From Candidatus Thiodiazotropha sp. (ex Codakia rugifera) (GTDB taxonomy: Bacteria > Pseudomonadota > Gammaproteobacteria > Chromatiales > Chromatiaceae): 64,000 nucleotides of DNA. Position 1 is the stretch's first letter. The number at the start of each line of letters is the position of its first letter. Location of the stretch: assembly GCA_025656675.1 (NCBI GenBank), contig JAHXHN010000007.1, positions 5,040 through 69,039 on the forward strand. Reading direction: 5' to 3'. Both the position numbers and the translations under genes were made by a program. The notes beneath the pieces were generated by a model. It was not told the origin of the DNA, searched no databases, and saw only the letters and a program-made list of their open reading frames with translations. Below are positions 38,365 through 48,187 of this stretch, in pieces.

Positions 38365-39023
38365 GTCATCAATTGGCAAGATCAAAGTTCAGTTTTATTT
38401 TACAGGTTGTAGCAGCACTGGTCCTTAGTGCCATTCCAATTCTCCACTATCCATTTGCCTGGTTTGAGACCCTATTCCATGAACTTTCTCATGGGCTGAG
38501 TGCTGTCTTGACTGGAGGTTCCATAGAGTCAATAGCGCTGAATTACAATGGCTCGGGCTTATGCACCACTATAGGTGGTAACCGGTTTCTAATACTCGTA
38601 TCTGGATACACCGGTAGTGCATGTTGGGGCTTCCTTGTCTATATTTCTGTAACCTATACTAAGGCACATTCTGTGAAAATAGTGGCTGCATTACTTGCTA
38701 TCTTAGCTGCATTTGTCGGCATCCTATGGGTAAGAGATATTGTGACACTTAGTATCCTTCTCGTTATTATCATCGTATTCTTCGTCGCATACCGCTATGG
38801 AAGCCACCAGCTAACCCGGTCGTTTATCGAATTTACCGGTATCTATGTGGTGATGAATGCTATCCGCAGTCCTCTGTATCTGATTGATGGTAGGGATATC
38901 GGAGATGGAAGCGCACTTTCAGAATTAACCTATATACCCGAGATTTTTTGGGTGACAATATGGGCTTTGATTGGGATATCTATTTTGATGCTACTCTATC
39001 AGCGCTCTATAAAATCTGTTTGA
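38361..39023 (+). CDS. M50B-like intramembrane zinc-metalloprotease-family protein (HExxH within a TM segment)
   Basis: 220 aa polytopic membrane protein with the motif FHELSHGLSAVLTGG at the end of the first TM helix. TTG start overlapping the stop of the preceding gene (TTGA). Confidence 0.5.
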   Translation: MSHQLARSKFSFILQVVAALVLSAIPILHYPFAWFETLFHELSHGLSAVLTGGSIESIALNYNGSGLCTTIGGNRFLILVSGYTGSACWGFLVYISVTYTKAHSVKIVAALLAILAAFVGILWVRDIVTLSILLVIIIVFFVAYRYGSHQLTRSFIEFTGIYVVMNAIRSPLYLIDGRDIGDGSALSELTYIPEIFWVTIWALIGISILMLLYQRSIKSV

Positions 39024-39421
39024 TTTGATACTCAGGCTGGTGCGTATATTCAGGCTTCCCAATAGTTATAAAGATTATGTTTTGATTTAGCAGATTGACG
39101 CATAAGAGCAGAGATACACAACCGTTCATCATGCAAACAGTTTGTGATATCTCTTCAGATAAACTTACATCACCGTTATCTCGATAGCTCATTTTTATTC
39201 ACTAACTGGGTTTATATTTGAATTTAAAATGAATTTGTCATTGGCGTCATTTTAAGGAAGAGCATTCCTATTTAAACATGCTGACCTGTAGAAACCCTAG
39301 TGTGTGCCGATAAACCATAAGAGTAAGATATATTGTCCATTTTATCGTTTTAAGGAAAAGGCAGATTAACAGTATATCTGTTACTTATATATGTTTTACA
39401 TAGAGTTACAGGTTAATATTA

Positions 39422-40492
39422 ATGTCTTTTCTTGTGTTAAATCGAGGTACTGTCAATCTAGTTACTAGAAGTCTGAATGCAGCTTATGGCTTATTACCGA
39501 CACTGATACTTATTACATCTGCATTCATCCTGTTCAATGCAGTCACAGTACGTGCAGAGACCTCGTGGGATCTAACCCAAAATAGCCGGCTAGCATTTGA
39601 TATTTCCAGTAAAATCAGCCGAAATATCGACACTCACCACTCCGCAGCAAGTCATGTATTCGGCTTGGACTTTCATAAAGTTTTTTCCGCTGAATCAGGC
39701 GATATTGGTACTCTGGTCTTCCAACCGTACATCGTATCCCTGAACAATGTACCGAACCCCCCCTTTTTCTTTGATGATGGTGAAGATACGGAGTTAACAT
39801 GGCGTATCGCCAACTTCAATTACACCGCTCTATCAGAGGGCAATTTCAATATCCGCTTTGGACATTTCGAAATACCTTTTGGGCTTGAGCAGAATCTCGA
39901 TACGAATGGCACACTTCGACAATATACCTTCTCAGATCGTGGCATTAAGGCCGACTGGGGTATCTCATTTAATGGCATATTGACCAACCTTGACTATGAA
40001 GTTGCACTGACCCGTGGGTCTGGTAATGAAGTTAAGAGTCAGGGAGACCCATTTATTTTTTCTGGCCGTTTCGGTACACCCTCACATGAGAATTTTGTAG
40101 TAGGCCTATCCTGGTTTTATGGTGATGTGCTGGGTGGTAGTGGAATAACTGAGCGAAAATATTTGGGTCTTGATTTTGCTTATTACTACCATAACTGGGA
40201 ACTCCTGATGGAAGTCTCGGGTGGAAAAACCGAACAGGTGGATACGGTTAATGTGTTAATGGAAGTATCATGGCGATCTGCCGTGGAGGACCTACACCTG
40301 TACGCTCAATGGAAGAACTCACAATTGAAAACTGATAATGATTGGGAAGCTGGTGATGATTTTATTGCCGGACTCCGGTGGTTCCAATCTTCGAACTTCG
40401 AAATCAGTACTCAATTTGTAAAACAACTTGATCTGGTCAAGCAACAGGAAAAACCAACATTGTTAACACTTCAGATACGACTGCGTATTTAG
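39422..40492 (+). CDS. hypothetical secreted protein, possible outer-membrane beta-barrel
   Basis: Signal peptide (...ILFNAVTVRA/ETS) with alternating hydrophobic residues, rich in Tyr, Gly, Phe, Asn and Trp. AT-rich codon usage. Confidence 0.35.
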   Translation: MSFLVLNRGTVNLVTRSLNAAYGLLPTLILITSAFILFNAVTVRAETSWDLTQNSRLAFDISSKISRNIDTHHSAASHVFGLDFHKVFSAESGDIGTLVFQPYIVSLNNVPNPPFFFDDGEDTELTWRIANFNYTALSEGNFNIRFGHFEIPFGLEQNLDTNGTLRQYTFSDRGIKADWGISFNGILTNLDYEVALTRGSGNEVKSQGDPFIFSGRFGTPSHENFVVGLSWFYGDVLGGSGITERKYLGLDFAYYYHNWELLMEVSGGKTEQVDTVNVLMEVSWRSAVEDLHLYAQWKNSQLKTDNDWEAGDDFIAGLRWFQSSNFEISTQFVKQLDLVKQQEKPTLLTLQIRLRI

Positions 40493-40510
40493 AATATTGA
40501 GAGTTGGAAT

Positions 40511-41116
40511 ATGAAGATAATTGCTAACTTGTTATCCCTACTGATTTTTTTAAGTGCAAATATGGCACATGGTGCCTATTGCTCGCTGCGAGATCCTGTC
40601 ACAGCTATCAAAACACTATATCATAATACAAATCAATATCGCTCAATCGTTGCACCCATTACAAATAAGAACAGAGACAGTGTAAAAGATCTCCTTCCCT
40701 TTACTCTACACAGGAGCGAGATAGGAAAACATACGCTTTATATGGTACTTGATAACAACAAACCCACCGGGTTTGTACAAGCAAGATCAGAATTGGCGGA
40801 ATGGGGGCTTATTGAGATTGCATGGGGTATCAATTTTGATATGACAATAAATGGTCTGTTTTTCCAACGCTGTAGAAGCCCAAAATGCAATCAGGTTCTC
40901 TCCGACAAACTTAATAATCTTCTTAAAGACAGGTCATTTAAAGAGATTCGCGATATGTTGAGTGATGATGGCACGAAGACAGCTTCATCAATAGCTTCTA
41001 AGTTCAGTGAATCTAACGATATAGCCTTGTTAGCCATTAGGTCTGCTTTGAAAACGATTGCTATTACTGAAATAACCTGGAAAAAAGAGATAACTGAAAT
41101 AACAGGAATCAAATGA
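40511..41116 (+). CDS. hypothetical secreted protein
   Basis: Signal peptide (LLSLLIFLSANMAHGA). No recognisable domain. Lies in a low-GC region. Confidence 0.35.
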   Translation: MKIIANLLSLLIFLSANMAHGAYCSLRDPVTAIKTLYHNTNQYRSIVAPITNKNRDSVKDLLPFTLHRSEIGKHTLYMVLDNNKPTGFVQARSELAEWGLIEIAWGINFDMTINGLFFQRCRSPKCNQVLSDKLNNLLKDRSFKEIRDMLSDDGTKTASSIASKFSESNDIALLAIRSALKTIAITEITWKKEITEITGIK

Positions 41117-41172
41117 ATCTACCCATATCCTTAGTGACAGGGTAGATCATGGTAATAATGACATAGATAGTA

Positions 41173-43221
41173 ATGAGCATTAAAGTCTACCTGGCAATCT
41201 TGATTCTTACCTGCCTAGCTGGTGGATATGCCTTAGAGGAAGCCCTATCAATACAGTTTGACAATGTTCATGAGCTCTCCAATAAATACAATGCTGACTT
41301 ACTATGGGAAAAGGATCTTGTGCGTACGGGTGATAACACGGCGCAGTTCCTGATATCCGTAGATTTAATACTTGGCTCTGGTAATACTTACCTTATTGAC
41401 GGCACTTATAAAAAAGGTGTTCTTTTACAGAAAGCGTTTGCAAAGCTTTCTGAAAATGCATCATTACTACAAAACCCCCATCTATTGGGGGCGTCTGCAG
41501 AGCAGGTGAGATCCATTAACAAGCTGTTGATTCAAGCTAACGATCTATCAGAGGGAGAGCTTTTTGAAGAGGAGTTATCTGAGCTGTTGATACAGCATGA
41601 CCAACTGGGTTACATATTGGCCAGTAATATTCAGAATGTTACATCCGAGGTGGGCGAGAGGCTGAAACACAATAACCAGATATTACTTGACAAAAAAGAA
41701 GACGCTGCATTAATTCGTCATATTGCAAGAGCTCTCTTTGCACTGCTCATCGCTGCTGTTTGGTATTGGGCAAGCAAACAAATCAGTATCCCCTTGAGAC
41801 ATCTAAAGGAATCGTCTGCGAGTGCCGTATCTGGCAGTAGTTTTGAAAAAACGTCCTATGGTCCAAAAGAGATCATAGACTTAAGCTATCACCTGGAGAG
41901 CATTACAGCAACACTTTTTCATCAAGCATCCCATGATCAATTAACAGGACTCTACAATCGAAGGGCGTTTGAACGTATCCTGAAGCAACAATTGGAAAAA
42001 GGCTCGAATCATATCGAAAGAGACGCCCTATGCTTTATAGATCTTGACTACTTCAAAACAGTCAATGATGCCTGTGGACATGCAGAAGGTGACAAACTGC
42101 TGATCAGTGTTGCGAATATTCTTACCGAAAATATCCGAACCAGTGATGTGGTTGCACGAATAGGTGGAGATGAATTCGCAATTATTTATATGGGCTGCAC
42201 GTTAGAAAAGGCATTGATTATCAGTGATAACATCCGGTTGGCAATCAGTAATATCAAGCATCACTGTGAAAATAAGCAGTATCAGATAGGTGCAAGCATT
42301 GGCGTGACTGAGATTGAGAAAAGTAACCAGACTATAACAGAAATCCTGAATACAGCTGATATCGCCTGTAGCATTGCGAAAGAGTCAGGAAGAAACAAAG
42401 TATACGCTTATGACCAAAGTAGTGAGATCTCCGTTAGAAACAGCAAAAAAATGTTATCTGTTGAACAGATTAAAGCCGCTATTACACATAGCGCATTTGT
42501 TTTATATAAACAAGATATAATTCCTTTGAATTCCCAGGATATTTCATTGAGTAGAATGGAAATACTCATCAGAATGAAACAAGCTGATGGTACCATTCTC
42601 GATCCCGAGTACTTTCTACCAGTCGCAGAGCGTTATCGATTGAGTAATCAAATAGATCATTGGGTAATAAACAGAACCATAGATTGGTTCAATGATCATC
42701 CGCATGAACTGAATCATACAACATCTATATTTATAAATTTGACGGCCCAATCATTAGCTGACAATGAGCTCAAAATGTTTATTATAAACAAACTGAAAAT
42801 GAGTGATTTTCCTGCTGATAAAATATATTTTGAGATAAAAGAGGCAGCAGCCATATCAAATATTGATGATGCAAAGCTGTTTATGCAGGATCTACGCTTA
42901 CATGGATGCAAGTTTGCACTGGACGATTTCGGGAGTGGTCACTCGTCCTATGCTTACTTAAAACAGTTACCCACGGATATCATAAAGATTGATGGAGTCC
43001 TGGTAAAAGAGATGACCAGTAACTCAGTCGACTATGCTACCGTGAAATCGATATGTGAAATATCAAAAGCTGTAAACCAGCTAACCGTTGCTGAGTCTGT
43101 AGAAACTGATGAGATTGCAGCGTCTCTAAAAAAACTGGATGTTGATTTTGCTCAGGGATTCTGTTTATCAATGCCTGAGCCACTAGATTGTTTTCATGTA
43201 GATAATAATTGCACTGTATAA
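41173..43221 (+). CDS. membrane-anchored GGDEF-EAL c-di-GMP turnover protein with periplasmic sensor region
   Basis: Signal/TM, about 180 aa periplasmic region, a second TM, a GGDEF domain (RIGGDEFAII) and an EAL domain (variant EILIRMK, DDFGSGHSSYAYLKQLP). Confidence 0.85.
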   Translation: MSIKVYLAILILTCLAGGYALEEALSIQFDNVHELSNKYNADLLWEKDLVRTGDNTAQFLISVDLILGSGNTYLIDGTYKKGVLLQKAFAKLSENASLLQNPHLLGASAEQVRSINKLLIQANDLSEGELFEEELSELLIQHDQLGYILASNIQNVTSEVGERLKHNNQILLDKKEDAALIRHIARALFALLIAAVWYWASKQISIPLRHLKESSASAVSGSSFEKTSYGPKEIIDLSYHLESITATLFHQASHDQLTGLYNRRAFERILKQQLEKGSNHIERDALCFIDLDYFKTVNDACGHAEGDKLLISVANILTENIRTSDVVARIGGDEFAIIYMGCTLEKALIISDNIRLAISNIKHHCENKQYQIGASIGVTEIEKSNQTITEILNTADIACSIAKESGRNKVYAYDQSSEISVRNSKKMLSVEQIKAAITHSAFVLYKQDIIPLNSQDISLSRMEILIRMKQADGTILDPEYFLPVAERYRLSNQIDHWVINRTIDWFNDHPHELNHTTSIFINLTAQSLADNELKMFIINKLKMSDFPADKIYFEIKEAAAISNIDDAKLFMQDLRLHGCKFALDDFGSGHSSYAYLKQLPTDIIKIDGVLVKEMTSNSVDYATVKSICEISKAVNQLTVAESVETDEIAASLKKLDVDFAQGFCLSMPEPLDCFHVDNNCTV

Positions 43222-43384
43222 GCGTTATTCAAATATAAACTATGAATAAATAATGCCAATATATCTATATTATTCTCACTGATGATTAATCCTCATAGAA
43301 AAAAGTATACAGTGTTCTACATATATGACAGTAAAATACCGCCCCAGCTTATTTTAAACCAGGGCGATATAGCCGAGGAGAGCC

Positions 43385-43780
43385 TTACACAGTGCGAATC
43401 TCGATCTTACGAGGCTGGAACTGCTCCCGCTTGGGGATCCGCAATGACAATACACCATCCTTGAGCGTCGCTTCAGTTTTATCTGCATCCAGTTCACTGC
43501 TAAGCGAAAAACTCCGCTGGTAACGGGTTGCTCTAACACCCACATGGACAACTTCCATATCTTCCAGTGTTGAGATTTCAGTTCTTCCGTCTATTGTCAA
43601 CGTCTCTTTATCGACCTGAACATCAAGTCCCTTTTTTGAGACACCAGGCATATCTGCCATGACAGTGATCCCGGTTTCATCCTCAAATATATCGACACTG
43701 GGCCTGATAGTTGTTTGGGAAGTAGCAACAGGTTGTTGAGTTACCACTTCTCTTTCAGTCATATCGTTTCGATTGTTCAT
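43385..43780 (-). CDS. Hsp20/alpha-crystallin small heat-shock protein
   Basis: Alpha-crystallin domain (...GITVMADMPGVSKKGLDVQVDKETLTIDGRTEIS...YQRSFSLSSELDADKTEATLKDGVLSLRIPK). Confidence 0.85.
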   Translation of the reverse strand: MNNRNDMTEREVVTQQPVATSQTTIRPSVDIFEDETGITVMADMPGVSKKGLDVQVDKETLTIDGRTEISTLEDMEVVHVGVRATRYQRSFSLSSELDADKTEATLKDGVLSLRIPKREQFQPRKIEIRTV

Positions 43781-43799
43781 GAATCTTACCTCTTACCTT

Positions 43800-44243
43800 T
43801 TACTGAACTGTGATCTGACGCGGTTTGGAAGCCTCACGCCGCTGTACAACAATATGCAATACACCGTTGCTATAGCTTGCCTCAACCTTGTCCGCATCCA
43901 CATCTTCTGGCAAGTTGACCACTTTATGAAATGCACCGTCATAACGCTCATTTCTTATGTATTTGACCTTAGTGTCTTTACTTATCAGACGTTCACCTTC
44001 TACAGTCAGTTGGCTGTCATGTATTGAAATAATCAGGCTTTCCGGATTGACACCGGCAATAAACAGGTAGAGATCAACCTGGGTTGATGTGGTGCCGATG
44101 TTGATAGGTGGATAGGAATCCTTCGCCACGGAATGAATGGTATTTGGCCACACACCTGCACTGAAAAGTTTATCCATTTCATGTTCCATGCGCCTGAATT
44201 CATTGAGCAGGCCACCCTCAAAACCGTGTAATCTAGCAATCAT
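43800..44243 (-). CDS. Hsp20/alpha-crystallin small heat-shock protein
   Basis: Alpha-crystallin domain (...ISIHDSQLTVEGERL...YDGAFHKVVNLPEDVDADKVEASYSNGVLHIVV). Start taken at the internal Met of the track ORF. Confidence 0.8.
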   Translation of the reverse strand: MIARLHGFEGGLLNEFRRMEHEMDKLFSAGVWPNTIHSVAKDSYPPINIGTTSTQVDLYLFIAGVNPESLIISIHDSQLTVEGERLISKDTKVKYIRNERYDGAFHKVVNLPEDVDADKVEASYSNGVLHIVVQRREASKPRQITVQ

Positions 44244-44295
44244 TTGGATCTCTCCTTTGCAATTCTCATGCAATCATTCATAGCGTTGCCTTGTA

Positions 44296-44324
44296 GATAG
44301 GGATTCGAGTGTTATTTTTCAAGT
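44296..44324 (-). promoter_or_regulatory. Candidate sigma32 heat-shock promoter (CTTGAAA-N14-CCCTATCT) upstream of the tandem sHSP genes
   Basis: The reverse strand reads CTTGAAAAATAACACTCGAATCCCTATCT. This matches the sigma32 consensus CTTGAAA-N13-15-CCCCATNT. Coordinates approximate to within 2 nt. Confidence 0.45.
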
Positions 44325-44838
44325 GGATTGAACAAAGGGTGGATTTTTCCGAAAGAAAATGTCGTTAGGATGTATTAAATGATTGAACGTATCTGCGGGA
44401 TGGGCCCTACTCTGCAAATTATTGATCCGGCACCTTATTCGTTACCACGGGCTATTATCTGATTACTGGACAGTGACAGTTATCCTTTCCGATATGAGAG
44501 GTGGTTGTGAGGTTCATGAGTCTCAGCTCCCAACAGTAATTGAAGTGTATGACGACCAGGAACCCATTCCAATATTGCTTCAGCTTCACCCTGACCATAG
44601 TAGATATGCCAGGTGTCTCTTGGTATATGCTTTATTTTAACCGGCAGATGATGGTGTCCCGCTCAAGGGCGAATTATTCTTTGAATGGACTTGTCACAAT
44701 AGCACCATCTTGCAGTCCTAAAAAACGACTCTTGCCTCCTTCGTAGGTGTATGGTCACTTACAGAACTGCTGAGGATGAGGAGAAGAAGTAAAGGAATGT
44801 ATCCTGTTATATGTCTACACATGAAAGATCCCATTATT

Positions 44839-45318
44839 TTAGTAACTGGAATAGATGCGGGTCTTTCCATTTTTCTCGAATGTCAGAACATTATATTTAT
44901 CTTTTCTCGGTCCTTCCATACCAGGTGATCCCATCGGCATACCTGGTACTGCAACCCCTTTGACTGCAGGTTTCTCTTTTAAAAGACGGGTAATATCATC
45001 AGCAGGAACATGCCCTTCAACAATATAGTCCCCAACCAATGCCGTATGGCAAGATTGTATATGGTTGGGAATACCCAGCGAATTTTTTACTAATTGCATA
45101 TTATTTCGATCATGCATTTCAACTGAGAAACCATTCTTCTGTAAATGTTTGATCCATGCACTGCAACAGCCACAGGTCGGACTTTTATAAACAACAATGT
45201 CAGCTGCATTTAATTGAGGTGCAATCAGGAAACCAGCCAATACCCAACTAACTAGTTTTGTGTTCGTGGATTTAGACAGTATTTTTAATAGTCTGATTTT
45301 AGTCATCTTTAACCTCAT
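44839..45318 (-). CDS. DUF411 (CopG-type) periplasmic copper-binding protein
   Basis: Signal peptide plus the motif VYKSPTCGCCSAWIKHLQKNGF, typical of DUF411 copper-resistance proteins. Confidence 0.65.
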   Translation of the reverse strand: MRLKMTKIRLLKILSKSTNTKLVSWVLAGFLIAPQLNAADIVVYKSPTCGCCSAWIKHLQKNGFSVEMHDRNNMQLVKNSLGIPNHIQSCHTALVGDYIVEGHVPADDITRLLKEKPAVKGVAVPGMPMGSPGMEGPRKDKYNVLTFEKNGKTRIYSSY

Positions 45319-45328
45319 TGATTAGATA

Positions 45329-45832
45329 TCAACCTTTTTTCAGCAGCTGAGGCGATTTGTCAGCCTGCAGATTTCGCTCATGCCAGATAGTATAGATCTC
45401 ATCGGTCCAGTGAGACTGCACCCATGCCAAGATGTCATCAATCTGTTGATTATTTAGCTTGTCTGAAAATCCAGGCATAGTGCCTCCCAAAGGAATGCCC
45501 CCTATCTTGACAGTCCTCCTTAGAACAGAGAGCGGATGGTGCCAGGTGTGTGCAGTACCATTTAATGGGGGTGGTGGATAGTTGCCTTGAGCGTCCAACT
45601 CCTGCCAGTTTGGTGTACCTGAGGCATCGGGTTTATGGCAGCTAGCGCAAGTCTCCCGATACAACTCCCCCCCTCTATTGACTTGATTAATATCATACCA
45701 GCGATCAGTGGGCGATGATTGAGATTGAGTGACGGACGTGGCCTTTTCACCAGAAGCAACCTTTTGATTATCACAGCCAGTCAAGTTAGTCAGGCCAAGC
45801 ATCAATATCAGGATTAATTTCATTCTGTTCAT
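45329..45832 (-). CDS. lipoprotein mono-heme c-type cytochrome
   Basis: Lipobox (LTNLTGC) and a single CASCH heme motif. Confidence 0.75.
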   Translation of the reverse strand: MNRMKLILILMLGLTNLTGCDNQKVASGEKATSVTQSQSSPTDRWYDINQVNRGGELYRETCASCHKPDASGTPNWQELDAQGNYPPPPLNGTAHTWHHPLSVLRRTVKIGGIPLGGTMPGFSDKLNNQQIDDILAWVQSHWTDEIYTIWHERNLQADKSPQLLKKG

Positions 45833-45960
45833 GCAAATACACCCTTGGTAGCAGGTACGAATACCGACCGTAAACCCTAGACGGTTGGTATCCTCACCCT
45901 CTTCTCACATACGCAAATTCAAAAGAGCGTTGAAACCTCAGCGTATTGATAGAAAGAAAG

Positions 45961-46323
45961 TCAGATTCGAGGCGGTCGCAAGGGAGGAGAGATAAATTGA
46001 GAAAGTGGCATCTGATGGTTAAGAATTGGTTCACAAGCACGCGGCATTTGAGTGGTCAATATGCGGTATGAGGAAGCAATAGCCGGAGTAGAGACACAAT
46101 GGGTGATACTACAGATATCTCCAGCACAGCATGCTGTATCTTCACCTTGTCCACATTGGCACGATACATGCCGATCGGCCATAACAGATGAGTTGTCCAT
46201 CTCTATTTGCTGAGAACGCTCATCAAACGTAACTGATAAACTTGCAAATGCAACCTGCAATGGCGATATGACCCAAAGCAAAGTGAGAAGAATCAGTAAA
46301 TATTTTCCACATGACCGGTGCAT
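45961..46323 (-). CDS. small Cys-rich periplasmic hypothetical protein (possible metal-binding)
   Basis: Signal peptide plus the motif CQCGQGEDTACCAGDICSITHC. Start taken at the internal Met. Adjacent to the copper-related genes. Confidence 0.35.
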   Translation of the reverse strand: MHRSCGKYLLILLTLLWVISPLQVAFASLSVTFDERSQQIEMDNSSVMADRHVSCQCGQGEDTACCAGDICSITHCVSTPAIASSYRILTTQMPRACEPILNHQMPLSQFISPPLRPPRI

Positions 46324-46583
46324 ATTTAGGTGGTGATGTCGATATTGTTTTTGAATCAGTATCAACGTTCGAACAATGGCTGGCAGAATAAGTTCAAACT
46401 TTCAATACAATGTCATCTTACGAGTAGCCTGTTAAGTAATTGCCAAACCAGAGGTTTGTACCCGTCATTCCGGTATGAAATAGGGACTTCCAGATGCGAA
46501 AATCAATACAATTCTCAGCTAGCCTACTAAATCGTGGAAACATTAAAGCTTGACTAGACCGACCGGTCAAATATAATGACGCC

Positions 46584-47192
46584 ATGAGCATCGAACCAGA
46601 TACCAAGGATCGTATACTAGCAACAGCCCGCGAGCTGTTTCATGGCCGCAGCTATGCCGATGTGGGTATCAAGGAGATCTGTACCCTTGCCAAAGTCCAG
46701 AAAGGGAGTTTTTATCACTTCTTCCCTTCAAAACAGGATTTGGCCATGGCCGTCATCGACAATATGTCAGATGATTGGGCGCACGGCTTTGTTGCAGAAG
46801 CCTTCGATCAAGAACTACCTCCCATTGAACGTCTCGATTATATGGTCGATGCGGTCTACTACTGGCAGAAAGCAGCCAAGAATGTTGAGGGGCGTATGCC
46901 CGGGTGCCTGTTCGGGAACCTTGCGCTCGAAGTTAGCACCCGTGACGAGGTACTCAGGGCACGACTGAATGCTGTATTTGAAAAGGCCAGTGCCCGTTTC
47001 AACGAAACCCTGGAGCAGGCTGTGGAGCTTGGTGATATGCCGCCCCTCGATACGGCAGCAACAGCAACGGCAATGCTAGCTTATCTTGAAGGCGTCATTC
47101 TACTTGCCAAGACCCGCAATGATCCTGATGTGGTAAGGGTCCTGGGTCCAGCGATCAAGAGTATTCGTATTGAACAGAGACATCAAAATTGA
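46584..47192 (+). CDS. TetR/AcrR-family transcriptional regulator
   Basis: N-terminal HTH (RILATARELFHGRSYADVGIKEICTLAKVQKGSFYHFFPSKQDL). Confidence 0.85.
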   Translation: MSIEPDTKDRILATARELFHGRSYADVGIKEICTLAKVQKGSFYHFFPSKQDLAMAVIDNMSDDWAHGFVAEAFDQELPPIERLDYMVDAVYYWQKAAKNVEGRMPGCLFGNLALEVSTRDEVLRARLNAVFEKASARFNETLEQAVELGDMPPLDTAATATAMLAYLEGVILLAKTRNDPDVVRVLGPAIKSIRIEQRHQN

Positions 47193-47273
47193 GGACTATT
47201 TTTTTCACCTTCGAATTGACCGACCGGTCATCTCTGCGGAAATTAGCCGCTTAGTTTGTAAAGGAGTAATGCC

Positions 47274-47504
47274 ATGAGTGAAACCAAACATACCCTGGAT
47301 GCAAGAGGTTTGAATTGCCCTCTACCCATCCTGAGAACCAAGAAAGCCATTGCTGCATTGGCTTCCGGTGAGATTCTGGAAGTAACGGCAACGGATCCTG
47401 GATCAGTTAAGGACCTGGATTCATTTTGCAGCCAAACCGGGCATGAAATGCTCTCCAGCGAGCAGATTGACAATGGATTCTTCTTCAAAATCCGAAAGGC
47501 TTGA
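47274..47504 (+). CDS. tusA: TusA-family sulfur carrier protein
   Basis: 76 aa with the motif LDARGLNCPLPILRTKKAI (the CPxP motif). Confidence 0.8.
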   Translation: MSETKHTLDARGLNCPLPILRTKKAIAALASGEILEVTATDPGSVKDLDSFCSQTGHEMLSSEQIDNGFFFKIRKA

Positions 47505-47524
47505 TCATAGTAAGGAGTCATGAC

Positions 47525-48130
47525 ATGAGTAGTACAGTACCTATAGTCGATATCCCTAGCTCAGATCTGAATAACTGGTTTGACCATCGATTTGAGGAAA
47601 AGATGGCCGAACGTGAAGCGGCTCACGTTCCTTCAATGACGATCATATCCACCAAAGGGACCCTGGATATGGCCTACCCTCCTTTCATCCTGGCATCTAC
47701 AGCTGCCGCTTTGGGGTGGGATGTATCGATATTCTTTACTTTCTATGGTCTTAATCTATTGAAACGTGATTTGGACCTCAAGGTAAGCCCACTTGGTAAT
47801 CCGGCCATGCCGATGAAACTGCCTGAGGGGCCTGCATGGATCAAAGGTAAGGATATCCCTATGCCAACATCTGTGATGACATTAATACCCGGCTTCGAAA
47901 AAATGGCGACTGGCATGATGATGAAGACCATGGATAACAAGGGTATTGCACGCATAGACCAACTACGTGAGATGTGCATTGAAGCTGATGTCAAACTTGT
48001 TGCCTGCCAGATGACCGTGGATCTCTTTGACTACCCTAAAGAGGTATTTATTCCAGAGATTGAAGAGTGGGTTGGTGCAGCAAGCTTTCTGCCACGAGCG
48101 CTTAAGGCCGATGTGAACTTGTTTGTATGA
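47525..48130 (+). CDS. DsrE/DsrF-like family protein (DsrE2-type), TusA partner
   Basis: DsrE-like fold inferred from the segment MAYPPFILASTAAALGWDVSIFFTFYGLNLLKRD...VKLVACQMTVD, which contains the conserved Cys. AAGGAG RBS 8 nt upstream of the ATG at 47525. Confidence 0.65.
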   Translation: MSSTVPIVDIPSSDLNNWFDHRFEEKMAEREAAHVPSMTIISTKGTLDMAYPPFILASTAAALGWDVSIFFTFYGLNLLKRDLDLKVSPLGNPAMPMKLPEGPAWIKGKDIPMPTSVMTLIPGFEKMATGMMMKTMDNKGIARIDQLREMCIEADVKLVACQMTVDLFDYPKEVFIPEIEEWVGAASFLPRALKADVNLFV

Positions 48131-48136
48131 GGATTG

Positions 48137-48158
48137 TGTCCCCCTCCATTGGGGGACA
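48137..48158. repeat. REP-like palindromic element TGTCCCCC-TCCATT-GGGGGACA between convergent genes
   Basis: Perfect 8-bp stem. Related copies occur near 49450-49466 (TCCCC-TTAATTG-GGGGA) and 50363-50375 (CCCC-ATTCA-GGGG). All are intergenic. Confidence 0.35.
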
Positions 48159-48187
48159 TGGAATGATGATAAACAAAAGTCTGTGTA

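Noticed and set aside
44383-44746. Plus-strand ORFs 44383..44640 and 44540..44746 upstream of the sHSP genes
   Set aside because: No RBS, odd composition, and they overlap the predicted sigma32 promoter region of the minus-strand sHSP genes. Judged non-coding.
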